Made by a program: the position numbers and the translations under genes
Notes under the pieces: model-generated
Databases searched by the model: none
The model's input: the letters and a program-made list of their open reading frames with translations, nothing else
What the model was told of the DNA's origin: nothing
Shown: one piece after another, positions 34,900 through 44,432 of the stretch
How the letters are laid out: the number at the start of each line of letters is the position of its first letter
Numbering within the stretch: the stretch's first letter is position 1
NCBI GenBank assembly: GCA_028714695.1
Contig: JAQTLX010000010.1
Coordinates: 73,397 to 137,396, forward strand
DNA: 64,000 nucleotides
Reading direction: 5' to 3'
Source of the DNA: Ignavibacteria bacterium
GTDB lineage: Bacteria > Bacteroidota > Ignavibacteria > Tepidaquicellales > Tepidaquicellaceae

Positions 34900-36657
34900 A
34901 TGAAAAGGCAGAAAACTTTAATTCTCTTACTTGTTATTTCAATAGTTTCAACCATATTTTTCGCATACGGCTGCAATAATAAGAATAAGACGGTAGTAGC
35001 CGAAGTCGGAAATGATAAAGTTCTCATGTACGAATTTGAGAATCAATTCCTTAAAATTCTCGGAAATAACCTCGATTCCGCTAAAAAAACAACATTAGAG
35101 CAAAGAAAAGATTTTCTTGACTTAATGATTAAATTAAGACTGAAGGTGCTTGATGCAACCGAGAAAGGATATCTTGAATCTCAGGAAATAAAAACAGATC
35201 TGGATAATTACAAAAAGAATTATATTTCGGCGTTCCTTATCGACAGAAAAGTTGTAGATCCGCAGATAAAAGAACTTTATGAAAGAAAAAAATTCGAAGT
35301 CAGAGCATCGCATATTCTTATAAATCTTCCGCAAACAGCAACACCTGAAGATTCAATAAAAGCATATCAGAAAGCGCAAACCGTTATAGACAGACTTAAA
35401 AACGGCGAAAATTTCGGTACTGTAGCAGCGGAAATGTCAGACGACCCGTCAGCAAAGCAAAACGGCGGCGACCTCTATTATTTCACGGCAGGAATGACGG
35501 TTCCGGAATTCGAAGATGCTATTTACAAAATGAGCGTAGGTGATTATACTAAGAAACCGGTAAGAACAATGTTCGGCCTTCACATAGTAAAACTTGTTGA
35601 TAAAAAGAAAAGAAATGACGGTATCAGAGCATCGCACATATTGATTCAGGACGTAAAAGACAGTCTTGGAAGAGTTATTGATTCGCTTGCATCATTCAAT
35701 AAAATTCAGGAAGTGTATGCAAAACTTAAAAACGGCGAAGATTTCGGAAAACTCGCAAGTGAATATTCACAGGACCCGGGCTCTGCACCAAAAGGCGGCG
35801 ACCTTGGATTTTTCGACAGAAGAAGAATGGTTCAGCCTTTCGACAGTGCTGCATTCATGCTTAAAGTCGGAGAATATTCTACACCGGTAAAGACACCGTA
35901 CGGATATCATATAATTAAAGTAACTGAAATAAAACAGTATCAGGATTTCGATAAAGCAAAAGACGGCTTGAAGAATGATTTTAAAAGAAGCCCTCTTTAC
36001 AAAACCGAATATGATAAATATATTGATAAGGCACTTAAAGATTATGATTTAACGCTCGATAAGAACGGAATTGCACTCCTTTTCTCGAAAGTAGATTCCA
36101 GCAAGACTATAGGTAATATAATGTTCGACAGTCTCTTTAATGATGCTGAAAAAGGAACGAAACTAGCAACTTATAAAGGCGGATTTGTCACTCTTCTTGA
36201 TGTCGTACAGTTATTGCAGACTTCAAGAGATATGACTTCTTCCGTTGCAAATCTGGCATCTTTCACAAAAATCATTCAGGAAGTTGCAAAGACACCTGTA
36301 CTTAACGCCGTCGCTCAAAAAGAGAACATAGACAAAGACGAAGAATATCTCGACCTTTTAAAGGAATATACCGCCGGTTTGCTTCGTGAGAAAATTGATC
36401 TTGAACAGATTTCAAGCAAGATTAAAATCAACGATGAAGACATTCAGAAATATTATGACTCCCATATTGCACAGTATAAGTTCAAAGACGGCGATACCGA
36501 AAAAGTGAGACCAATTGAAGAAGCAAAATCCGAAATCACAAACATACTCAGACAGGAAAAGTTCAGCGAAACAGAGAAAGCATACATTGAGAATTTAAAA
36601 CAAAAGTATCCGGTTAAAGTGAATGCCGATGCATTAAATAAAGCCTTTAACAAATAA
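34900..36657 (+). CDS. Peptidylprolyl isomerase with two parvulin domains (PpiD/SurA-like), lipoprotein
   Basis: 585 aa. Lipobox FFAYGC. Two rotamase domains (RASHILI...GGDL(Y/G)(Y/F)F...(F/Y)G(L/Y)HI(V/I)K). Confidence 0.88.
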   Translation: MKRQKTLILLLVISIVSTIFFAYGCNNKNKTVVAEVGNDKVLMYEFENQFLKILGNNLDSAKKTTLEQRKDFLDLMIKLRLKVLDATEKGYLESQEIKTDLDNYKKNYISAFLIDRKVVDPQIKELYERKKFEVRASHILINLPQTATPEDSIKAYQKAQTVIDRLKNGENFGTVAAEMSDDPSAKQNGGDLYYFTAGMTVPEFEDAIYKMSVGDYTKKPVRTMFGLHIVKLVDKKKRNDGIRASHILIQDVKDSLGRVIDSLASFNKIQEVYAKLKNGEDFGKLASEYSQDPGSAPKGGDLGFFDRRRMVQPFDSAAFMLKVGEYSTPVKTPYGYHIIKVTEIKQYQDFDKAKDGLKNDFKRSPLYKTEYDKYIDKALKDYDLTLDKNGIALLFSKVDSSKTIGNIMFDSLFNDAEKGTKLATYKGGFVTLLDVVQLLQTSRDMTSSVANLASFTKIIQEVAKTPVLNAVAQKENIDKDEEYLDLLKEYTAGLLREKIDLEQISSKIKINDEDIQKYYDSHIAQYKFKDGDTEKVRPIEEAKSEITNILRQEKFSETEKAYIENLKQKYPVKVNADALNKAFNK

Positions 36658-36659
36658 AA

Positions 36660-37949
36660 TTGAACAGTATCAAAATAAAAATTATATTCCTGTCAATATT
36701 TCTTCTGGCGGCAAGCACTATTATTTTCGCCCAGAAAGAAGGCGACAGGATTCTGGCTGTAGTTGGAAACGACGTTATTCTTGAGTCGGACTTGCAGTAT
36801 CAGATGCAATTGTATGCAAGACAGAATCAACTGACCTCAGTAAGCCCCGTGATTGTACAGCAGATTTTTCAGCAGTTGCTCACGGAAAAAATAATTCTGG
36901 CAAAAGCGGAACAGGACAGTATCGTAGTAAAAGATGAAGAAGTAAATAAAGAACTTGAGTTCAGAATTAAGTCTATTGTAGAACAGGTCGGCTCTGAAGA
37001 CAGGATTCAGGAAATTTACGGAATGCCTCTTGTGAAGATAAAACTTATGCTTAAAGATGACCTTATGAAAAAATTGAAGTCCGATAAAATGAGAAGGAAA
37101 AAATTCGGAACTCCCGTCAAGGTCAGCGATAAAGAAACCAGAGATTTTTATTTTGCATTTAAAGACAGCATTCCCGATGCAAAAGAAGAATTTGAATTAA
37201 GCCATATTTTACTCACGAGAAATCTTACGGCATCAGAAAAACAGGCTGCCAGGGATAAGGCTCTTTTAATTCTTGACAGTGTAAAATCGGGTGTAGATTT
37301 TTCAGAACTTGCAAAGCGAAATTCCGACGATAAAGGTTCGGCGGTTAACGGCGGAGACCTCGGATTTGCAAAAAGAGGAGTCTTCGTTAAAGAATTCGAA
37401 GAAACACTTTTCACTCTCAATATTGGCGAAGTGTCGAATATTGTTGAAACGGAATTTGGTTTTCATATAATCAAACTTCTTGAGAAAAAAGGCGAACAGT
37501 ACCGCGGTCAGCATATTTTAGTGGCATTCCAGAAACTGGAAGCGTCTGACTTCGAAACTATTAACACACTGAATGCAATAAAAGACAGTATTCTTTCAGG
37601 CAAGTATACATTTGAAGATGCGGCAAAAAAGTTTTCACAGGACCCGGAAACATCAACCAAGGGCGGATATCTGGGCTTTGTACCTGTAGATAAACTCGAC
37701 AGCCTTTATATGAATGCCCTGAACAATATCAACATAGGTGAAATCAGCAAGCCTGTTAAAACAAGCGTAGACAAGAATTACGGATATGAATTACTGCTTC
37801 TGAAAAGCAAAACACAACCGCATAAACTGACGCTCGAAAACGATTTTGACCGCATAAGAAAATTTGCACAGATTAGTAAAGAAAATAAAGCATTCGACGG
37901 CTGGATTGAAGAATTGAAAAAAAATATTTATGTCGACGTTAAATTCTGA
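36660..37949 (+). CDS. SurA-like periplasmic chaperone/peptidylprolyl isomerase
   Basis: 429 aa with a TTG start. Signal peptide, SurA_N-like region (ILAVVGNDVILESDL) and two parvulin domains (GGDLGFAKRG...FGFHIIKL; GGYLGFVPV). Confidence 0.85.
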   Translation: MNSIKIKIIFLSIFLLAASTIIFAQKEGDRILAVVGNDVILESDLQYQMQLYARQNQLTSVSPVIVQQIFQQLLTEKIILAKAEQDSIVVKDEEVNKELEFRIKSIVEQVGSEDRIQEIYGMPLVKIKLMLKDDLMKKLKSDKMRRKKFGTPVKVSDKETRDFYFAFKDSIPDAKEEFELSHILLTRNLTASEKQAARDKALLILDSVKSGVDFSELAKRNSDDKGSAVNGGDLGFAKRGVFVKEFEETLFTLNIGEVSNIVETEFGFHIIKLLEKKGEQYRGQHILVAFQKLEASDFETINTLNAIKDSILSGKYTFEDAAKKFSQDPETSTKGGYLGFVPVDKLDSLYMNALNNINIGEISKPVKTSVDKNYGYELLLLKSKTQPHKLTLENDFDRIRKFAQISKENKAFDGWIEELKKNIYVDVKF

Positions 37950-37952
37950 TGG

Positions 37953-40028
37953 ATGAATATCTTTCACACGGAATTATACGGAATTTTTATATATATAATT
38001 TTCATAGTTGCAGCATTAACGGTATCATTTTTATTTTACAGAAACACTAATGTATACGGTTTTAAAAAAGCGGTATTGACCGGATTACGGTCGGTATCGC
38101 TTTTTTTTATCTTGTTACTGCTCATTAATCCTTTTGTTAATTTGTCGGGTGTTTCGAACCTCGAGAATACCGATGTTATCCTTTTAGACAACAGCGCCAG
38201 TCTTTCTCTGGAAAACAGATTTGAAAACTTCCGGACTGCAATTAACGAGGTAAAAAAACTGAGCGGGAACGTCCGGATTTATTCTTTCGGAAACGGACTG
38301 CTCAAGGAAATTAAGGATTCGGATTCTTTGTTTTCATATTCCCCCGTTAATTCATATTCAACTGACCTCTCCAAAACCCTTGAAGATCTTTTTTCAAGAA
38401 CCGGAAATTTTAACATCAATTCCGTCACCATTATATCGGACGGATTAATTAATCACGGGAATAACTTAGATGACGCGGCGAAAAAATTCGGTGTGCAGTT
38501 TAATTACATTTTGACGGGTGATACAGCGAGAAAAAACGATTTGCTTGTCAGTAAAGTCTTTTACAACAGGACTGCATTTGCCGGCAGCGTTTCCACTATA
38601 AATGTTTTACTAAATTCTTACGGATACGACAAGACCGTAAATGTTAAACTCTATGAGGATGATAACCCGGTACAAACCAAAACAATCGTAACCGATAAGA
38701 ATACTTCCGATTATTATACGGACTTTAAAATATCTTCCGGATCAGCAGGAATTAAGAAATACAGAATCGTGATTGATACTTTGCCTGATGAGATTACCCA
38801 TAAGAACAATGTCTCTGAATTCTATATAAAATACACCGATAATAAATTCAGAATACTCGTGATTGCAGGCAGCCCCGGCATGGATTATTCTTCATTCAAA
38901 CAGGAAATAAACAAGATTGATAATTTCAGAACCGATTTTTTTGTTCAGAAATCGGCGGACGCATTCTACGAAGGTGATTTGCCCGCTTTCGATAGTTATG
39001 ACGCATTGATACTGATTGGATTCCCGATTGAGAATACCAACAGAACTATTATCGAGAATCTGAAGAAAAAACTGGCAGAAAGTAATATTCCCGTAATCTT
39101 TTTAAATGCTTCAAATACCGGATACGGAAACCTGAAAGAAATTGAGAATTTTCTTCCATTTTATATAAGCGGCTCAGATAAGAATATTTTTCAGTCAACT
39201 GCAAGAATATTGTCAGACAATCTGCCCGATGAACCTGAATCCATCAGGAAAATAAACACATTGCCTCCTGTCATCTTTACAAGAAATAGTTTTTCGCCTA
39301 AACCCGGCTCTGATGTTCTTGCCGTGACTCCGGGCGAAAACGAACCGGCGGTTTTATATAGTAATACTGCTTTGCATAAGTCATCCGCTTTTCTTGGTTT
39401 CGGATATTATAAATGGACTTTAAACAATTCACAGAACAGTGAACGGGTATTAAAGAACCTTATTTCTGTACTATTTAATCTGATTTTCAAAGAGACAACG
39501 GGAAGCAGGTTCACAGTCCGAACGGATAAAGATTATTATGCATATTCCGAACCGGTTGAAATTACAGCGCTTTTAAAAGACAGACCTTTAACCGGGAATA
39601 TTTCAGTAAGGCTGAATCTTACGGGTAAAAACGGGTCAAAAGAACTTAATATGCCAGAAATAAGCAATTCGGAATTCGGGATTAATATTACTCCTGATTA
39701 TGAATCCGATTACACAGTCGACACGGATTTACTAATTGACGGCCGTACAGCAGCAAAGGATATAACAAAATTTACTGTAGGCAGTCCGCGTGAAGAATTC
39801 CTTAAAACACAACCGAATGATGCAATACTGAAATCTCTTTCTTTGAGCACAGGCGGGAAAAACCTTAGGAATCCCGGCGTCAAAAATCTTGGCTCCGGAA
39901 ATAAAAAAGATGTTCAAGAATCGTATTCCGGAAAATACCTGCTTAGAAATTCGATTGTATTCCTATTAATAATAATATTTTTCCTTTCGCTTGAGTGGTT
40001 TCTTAGAAAAAGATTTAATCTGCCTTAA
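37953..40028 (+). CDS. Membrane protein with N-terminal double-TM (BatA_N-like) domain and C-terminal TM anchor
   Basis: 691 aa. Two N-terminal helices followed by DVILLDNSASL (vWA/BatA-like start). The last 30 aa are hydrophobic plus RKRFNLP. Confidence 0.7.
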   Translation: MNIFHTELYGIFIYIIFIVAALTVSFLFYRNTNVYGFKKAVLTGLRSVSLFFILLLLINPFVNLSGVSNLENTDVILLDNSASLSLENRFENFRTAINEVKKLSGNVRIYSFGNGLLKEIKDSDSLFSYSPVNSYSTDLSKTLEDLFSRTGNFNINSVTIISDGLINHGNNLDDAAKKFGVQFNYILTGDTARKNDLLVSKVFYNRTAFAGSVSTINVLLNSYGYDKTVNVKLYEDDNPVQTKTIVTDKNTSDYYTDFKISSGSAGIKKYRIVIDTLPDEITHKNNVSEFYIKYTDNKFRILVIAGSPGMDYSSFKQEINKIDNFRTDFFVQKSADAFYEGDLPAFDSYDALILIGFPIENTNRTIIENLKKKLAESNIPVIFLNASNTGYGNLKEIENFLPFYISGSDKNIFQSTARILSDNLPDEPESIRKINTLPPVIFTRNSFSPKPGSDVLAVTPGENEPAVLYSNTALHKSSAFLGFGYYKWTLNNSQNSERVLKNLISVLFNLIFKETTGSRFTVRTDKDYYAYSEPVEITALLKDRPLTGNISVRLNLTGKNGSKELNMPEISNSEFGINITPDYESDYTVDTDLLIDGRTAAKDITKFTVGSPREEFLKTQPNDAILKSLSLSTGGKNLRNPGVKNLGSGNKKDVQESYSGKYLLRNSIVFLLIIIFFLSLEWFLRKRFNLP

Positions 40029-40083
40029 AAGAAAGCGATTGAATAATAATGCTTTTATTAATATCTTATTAAAAAATTCCGAT

Positions 40084-41400
40084 ATGAAATATGGAAAATA
40101 TATATTGCCATTTTTTATATTCCTCTTTATATCTTCATCCCTGTATTCACAGCAATATTGGCTCGACATGCCAAGCCCGGTTAATCTGGATTTGAGAAAA
40201 AGCTGCTTTCTGGATACACTGAACGGATGGGTGGCGGGAGATTCAGGTCTCATTATAAAAACATCCAACGGCGGTTTAAACTGGTCCAGACAAAATTCCA
40301 AAACCAGACTTCCTGTCTACGAAATATTCTTTCTTAACAGCCGGCTCGGCTGGGCGCTTGCATGGAATTTATTTGATCCCTTACTTCCATTCGGAACATT
40401 AATTTTGAAGACAACCGACGGCGGCATTAACTGGGATACTTCAACGTTCAAGACACAAAATGCTTTTTTACCTGCGATATATTTCCAGGATTCTTTATAT
40501 GGTTTCATGGGAGGTAATTTGCGCAATATTATGAGAACAACCGATGGCGGGGCTGACTGGCTGGACTGCGCAATAGATACTATATCCGTTTCTTTTCTTC
40601 CCGTCATGAGTTTTACTTTTCTAAACAATGATTACGGTTATGCATCAGGAGGCCATCAGGATTTTGCGGGTCTTATTTGGAGAACTACTAACAGAGGCGT
40701 CAGGTGGATACCAACTGTGGTTGCCCCGGAACCGGTAAACAATGTGGTCTTCCTTGATTCCTTAAGGATAATTGGTGTGAGCGGAGATGTCGAGAATGGT
40801 CCCGGTTCGATTTCTTCCCTTAATTCCGGTCTCTCATGGAAATACAATTATCTTGGTTATTTCGGACGGTCCGGTCTGATTGCTTTCAGAAATAAAAATG
40901 AAGTCTGGGCACCGCTTGCTAGCGCTCTAAGTTTCATTTATTCGCTTGATACCGGCAAGTCGTGGAACATTTACCCCAATCCTGATTCTGTAGATGTCAA
41001 TCATGTGATATTTCCTGATTCAAAACACGGTTTCGCATTTTGCATGAGAGGCAGAATACTGAAGTATAATGCTGCTTTAATCGGGATTAATAATCTTAAT
41101 ACATACATAATTGAGGATTATAAATTAAATCAGAATTATCCCAACCCTTTTAATCCTTCGACAAATATTTCCTATGAATTAAAAAATTACAGTTATGTTA
41201 TCTTAAAAATCTACGATATATCGGGCAGGGAAATCAGGACTTTAATTGACGGCTATCAGGACGGAGGAAAACATTATTTGAATTTCAACGGCAGTACAAT
41301 TTCATCCGGAATTTATTTTTATGAAATACAGATTAGGGACTTATCGAACAAGAGTGAGAAACTTTTCAAAGAAACAAAAAAAATGTTATTGGTTAAATGA
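40084..41400 (+). CDS. BNR/Asp-box beta-propeller (Ycf48-like) protein with T9SS C-terminal domain, paralog A
   Basis: 438 aa from ATG 40084 (signal MKYGKYILPFFIFLFISSSLYSQ). The ORF-track start 39991 would overlap the preceding gene. Asp-boxes TSNGGLNW, TTDGGINW, TTDGGADW. CTD is LNQNYPNPFNPSTNISYEL. Confidence 0.85.
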   Translation: MKYGKYILPFFIFLFISSSLYSQQYWLDMPSPVNLDLRKSCFLDTLNGWVAGDSGLIIKTSNGGLNWSRQNSKTRLPVYEIFFLNSRLGWALAWNLFDPLLPFGTLILKTTDGGINWDTSTFKTQNAFLPAIYFQDSLYGFMGGNLRNIMRTTDGGADWLDCAIDTISVSFLPVMSFTFLNNDYGYASGGHQDFAGLIWRTTNRGVRWIPTVVAPEPVNNVVFLDSLRIIGVSGDVENGPGSISSLNSGLSWKYNYLGYFGRSGLIAFRNKNEVWAPLASALSFIYSLDTGKSWNIYPNPDSVDVNHVIFPDSKHGFAFCMRGRILKYNAALIGINNLNTYIIEDYKLNQNYPNPFNPSTNISYELKNYSYVILKIYDISGREIRTLIDGYQDGGKHYLNFNGSTISSGIYFYEIQIRDLSNKSEKLFKETKKMLLVK

Positions 41401-41465
41401 AGTTACAATTAAGATATGCGTTGAAAAATACTGCTTTTATATATATTTTGTAACATAATTTTAAC

Positions 41466-42782
41466 ATGAAATTCGGAAAAACAATACTTTCTGTTTTAAT
41501 AGTTTTATTTATAACTTCCGGTCTGTATTCGCAGCAGTACTGGCTCAGTATGAATAGTCCCGTCAAACTTGACCTTAAGAGGTGCTGTTTTCTTGACAGT
41601 ATTACGGGATGGGTCGTGGGAGATTCCGGTTTGGTTATGAAAACCACAAATGGAGGTCTTAACTGGACACGCCAGAATGCAAAAACAAAGAATCAAATTC
41701 ACGAGGTATTTTTTCTTAATAAAAGATTAGGATGGGCTTTATCGTGGAATATATTCAACCCCGCGCCGCCTTATGGAACTCTATTATTAAGGACTTCAGA
41801 CGGAGGAATAAACTGGGACACTTCGAGTTTTGTTACTGAAAATGTATATATCAGAACAGTTGTTTTCCAGGACTCACTGCATGGATTTATGGGCGGAACG
41901 TTCAGAAATATTATGAGAACAACTGATGGCGGCGCCAACTGGCTGGATGTTTCAATAGACTCTATAGTAGTTTCATTTTTTCCGGTGAATAGTTTCAATT
42001 TTTATAGTAATAATTTCGGTTATGCTAGCGGCGGACAGATAGACTTTGCAGGAGTTGTATGGAGAACAACTAATCGGGGAATAAGATGGACACCCGCTTT
42101 ATTAGCACCCGAACCCATGTGGAACGTTTGTTTTTTAGACTCCATGAGAATTATCGGTTTGTGCGGAGATTTTGAATACGGTCCGAGTATAACAACAACA
42201 TCAAACTCAGGAATGAACTGGAAATATGTTTATCTGGGGTTTTTTGGCTTTCCTTCCGCTATGGCTTACAGAACTAATTATGAAGTCTGGGCTCCGCTGG
42301 GTTTTGCGAGAGCATTTATATATTCAATAGATTCAGGATATACATGGACTGAATTTACAAATCCTGATACCGCTGAAGTGAATCACGTTGTGTTTCCTGA
42401 TTCCAGACACGGATATGCCGTCTGCCAATACGGGCAAATGCTGAAATACAACACTACTCTTATAGGTATAAACAATCAGAATACAACGGTTACGAGTGAT
42501 TATACGCTGCACCAGAATTATCCGAACCCTTTTAATCCCTCTACTAACATAACTTATGAATTAAGAAGTAATAGTTATGTGATTATGAAAATTTATGATT
42601 TGACAGGCAAAGAAATAAAAACATTGTTCAACGGATATCAGAACAGCGGCAAATACAATTTAAGGTTCGCGGGGGATAATCTGCCTTCGGGTATATATTT
42701 TTATGAAATTACTGCAAGGGATTTATCCGGAAAATCTAATAATGTTTTTAAAGAAACAAAGAAAATGATCCTTTTAAAATAA
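41466..42782 (+). CDS. BNR/Asp-box beta-propeller (Ycf48-like) protein with T9SS C-terminal domain, paralog B
   Basis: 438 aa, collinear with paralog A without gaps (roughly 60% identical by eye). TTNGGLNW, TSDGGINW, TTDGGANW. CTD is LHQNYPNPFNPSTNITYEL. Confidence 0.88.
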   Translation: MKFGKTILSVLIVLFITSGLYSQQYWLSMNSPVKLDLKRCCFLDSITGWVVGDSGLVMKTTNGGLNWTRQNAKTKNQIHEVFFLNKRLGWALSWNIFNPAPPYGTLLLRTSDGGINWDTSSFVTENVYIRTVVFQDSLHGFMGGTFRNIMRTTDGGANWLDVSIDSIVVSFFPVNSFNFYSNNFGYASGGQIDFAGVVWRTTNRGIRWTPALLAPEPMWNVCFLDSMRIIGLCGDFEYGPSITTTSNSGMNWKYVYLGFFGFPSAMAYRTNYEVWAPLGFARAFIYSIDSGYTWTEFTNPDTAEVNHVVFPDSRHGYAVCQYGQMLKYNTTLIGINNQNTTVTSDYTLHQNYPNPFNPSTNITYELRSNSYVIMKIYDLTGKEIKTLFNGYQNSGKYNLRFAGDNLPSGIYFYEITARDLSGKSNNVFKETKKMILLK

Positions 42783-42794
42783 TTCTAAAAGATT

Positions 42795-43637
42795 ATGAAT
42801 AAAATTTTTATTTTTCTGATTGCAGTAACATTCATATCCGGTTATGCCGCTGCACAGGAAATAGTCCCTGCTGCAAATAAAAAGCCTTTCCTTACTATCG
42901 AAACATCGGGTTCATTTGACCTCCCTATGATGGATTTGAAAGGCAGCAACGGAATCAGAGGTATTTGGGCTTTTCAGGATTACGGTACAAACATCGGCTT
43001 CGGTTCTATGCTGAACCTTAAATTTGCCGTTTACAACACAAAGAGTATGCAGTTGAGAACATATCTAACTTTAGGATATTCTCATTTCGTCAATGATGAC
43101 AACAGGGCATTTACGTCTTATGCAAAAGACGGCACGGTTTCATTCGGATATCCTTATACAAGTCTTAACGGCACACAGTATCCGTTTGTCAAGGATACCG
43201 CTGGAGTAAGCAACCTCAGAATGAACATGCCGTATCTCGCGCTTGGAGTTGAACTCGGCGTTTATACTGACAGGCGAAACAGGTCGTCGTTCAATTTCGG
43301 ATTGGATTATAATTTTAACGCTATTACAGGAAGAATTTACCAGACAATCGCAGGCGCAAACGAAACTTTCACAACTTACAAATTCAACTTGAGAAATGGT
43401 ATCGGCGCTAACATTTCTTATTCCTACAAATTTCAGGATTATCTCGGATTTCATGTAGGTACAAGATTCACGATGCCGAATATTTTCGGAAAAGCATCGG
43501 AAATGTCAGACGAAAGTTGGTATATGTTCCTAATGGATAAAGGAAATACAACCCTCAACCCGGCTCTTTCAAGCAGCAGGAACATGGCTTACTTTAAATT
43601 CTACGCAGGTCTCTCTTTATTCTTCGGAAAAATGTAA
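42795..43637 (+). CDS. Probable outer-membrane beta-barrel protein
   Basis: 280 aa. Signal peptide ending AAAQE and alternating-hydrophobic strands with aromatic girdle residues. It lies 12 nt after paralog B. Confidence 0.65.
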   Translation: MNKIFIFLIAVTFISGYAAAQEIVPAANKKPFLTIETSGSFDLPMMDLKGSNGIRGIWAFQDYGTNIGFGSMLNLKFAVYNTKSMQLRTYLTLGYSHFVNDDNRAFTSYAKDGTVSFGYPYTSLNGTQYPFVKDTAGVSNLRMNMPYLALGVELGVYTDRRNRSSFNFGLDYNFNAITGRIYQTIAGANETFTTYKFNLRNGIGANISYSYKFQDYLGFHVGTRFTMPNIFGKASEMSDESWYMFLMDKGNTTLNPALSSSRNMAYFKFYAGLSLFFGKM

Positions 43638-43647
43638 AATCGATTAT

Positions 43648-43674
43648 CAGATGTCCCGCTTTGCGGGACATCTG
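43648..43674 (+). terminator. GC-rich hairpin after the OMP gene (no clear U-tract)
   Basis: 12-bp stem cagatgtcccgc/gcgggacatctg with loop ttt, 11 nt after the stop at 43637. Confidence 0.35.
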
Positions 43675-43777
43675 CATTCATATAAACGCATACAATTATC
43701 CCCTCTTATCTTTGTGATTAATTATTTCGGAAGTTATTTTGAATTTTTTTGGACGGAACAAAAGAAGAAAATTTCAA

Positions 43778-44320
43778 TTAAATAATATTCTTGGGCGGCG
43801 GAGTAGGTACATCATAAAAATTATTTAATATAGGAACAAAAATGAAACTAAAGCACTTATCCTCTCTCCAAGATAAGCCGCTCGTAAACTCGTTTGGTAA
43901 TCCAACATCAGTAATTAAATTTTTAATTATATTACTTGATGCAGTCTTTGAAAATTTATCGTCTATATTGTGATAGAAGAATAACTCGAATACTTCATCC
44001 AGTTTGCTTTCGTTTTCATCGCTCAAACAGACAATCTTCACGCTGTCACCTGATATCTCTACTCTCGAAACGTCGTATAATTTGCCGTAAAATTTTATTT
44101 CATTATCATCGATAAAGTAAAAATCTTCATTCCTGTTTTCGTAATTCTGGCGGGTAAGGTTTATAACCGTCAAATTATCGCTTTCTATATAACTTTCAAG
44201 TTTTCCAAAAGCCTCTTTTTTGAAAAAGTATTTCAACTCGAAATATGTCAGCACATATCCGGCGGAATTAAACACAAGCATTAATACAATTACTATTGAG
44301 AGACCCTTTTTCACCGACAA
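43778..44320 (-). CDS. N-terminally anchored hypothetical protein
   Basis: 180 aa with a non-ATG (TTG) start. One TM helix (LSIVIVLMLVFNSAGYVLTYF). I recognise no motif. Confidence 0.6.
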   Translation of the reverse strand: MSVKKGLSIVIVLMLVFNSAGYVLTYFELKYFFKKEAFGKLESYIESDNLTVINLTRQNYENRNEDFYFIDDNEIKFYGKLYDVSRVEISGDSVKIVCLSDENESKLDEVFELFFYHNIDDKFSKTASSNIIKNLITDVGLPNEFTSGLSWREDKCFSFIFVPILNNFYDVPTPPPKNII

Positions 44321-44432
44321 CTAATAATACTTTTTATTTGTTATCAAATATATTTACAAATTATACAATTTTCAACGTTAAATGCATTAGATTTTAAATT
44401 TATTTATTTGTTAAGATTATCTAACTTGAGCA

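Noticed and set aside
39991-40083. The longer ORF-track start (39991) for BNR paralog A.
   Set aside because: It would overlap the preceding gene by 38 nt and add a non-signal N-terminus. ATG 40084 gives a signal peptide that aligns residue-for-residue with paralog B's start.
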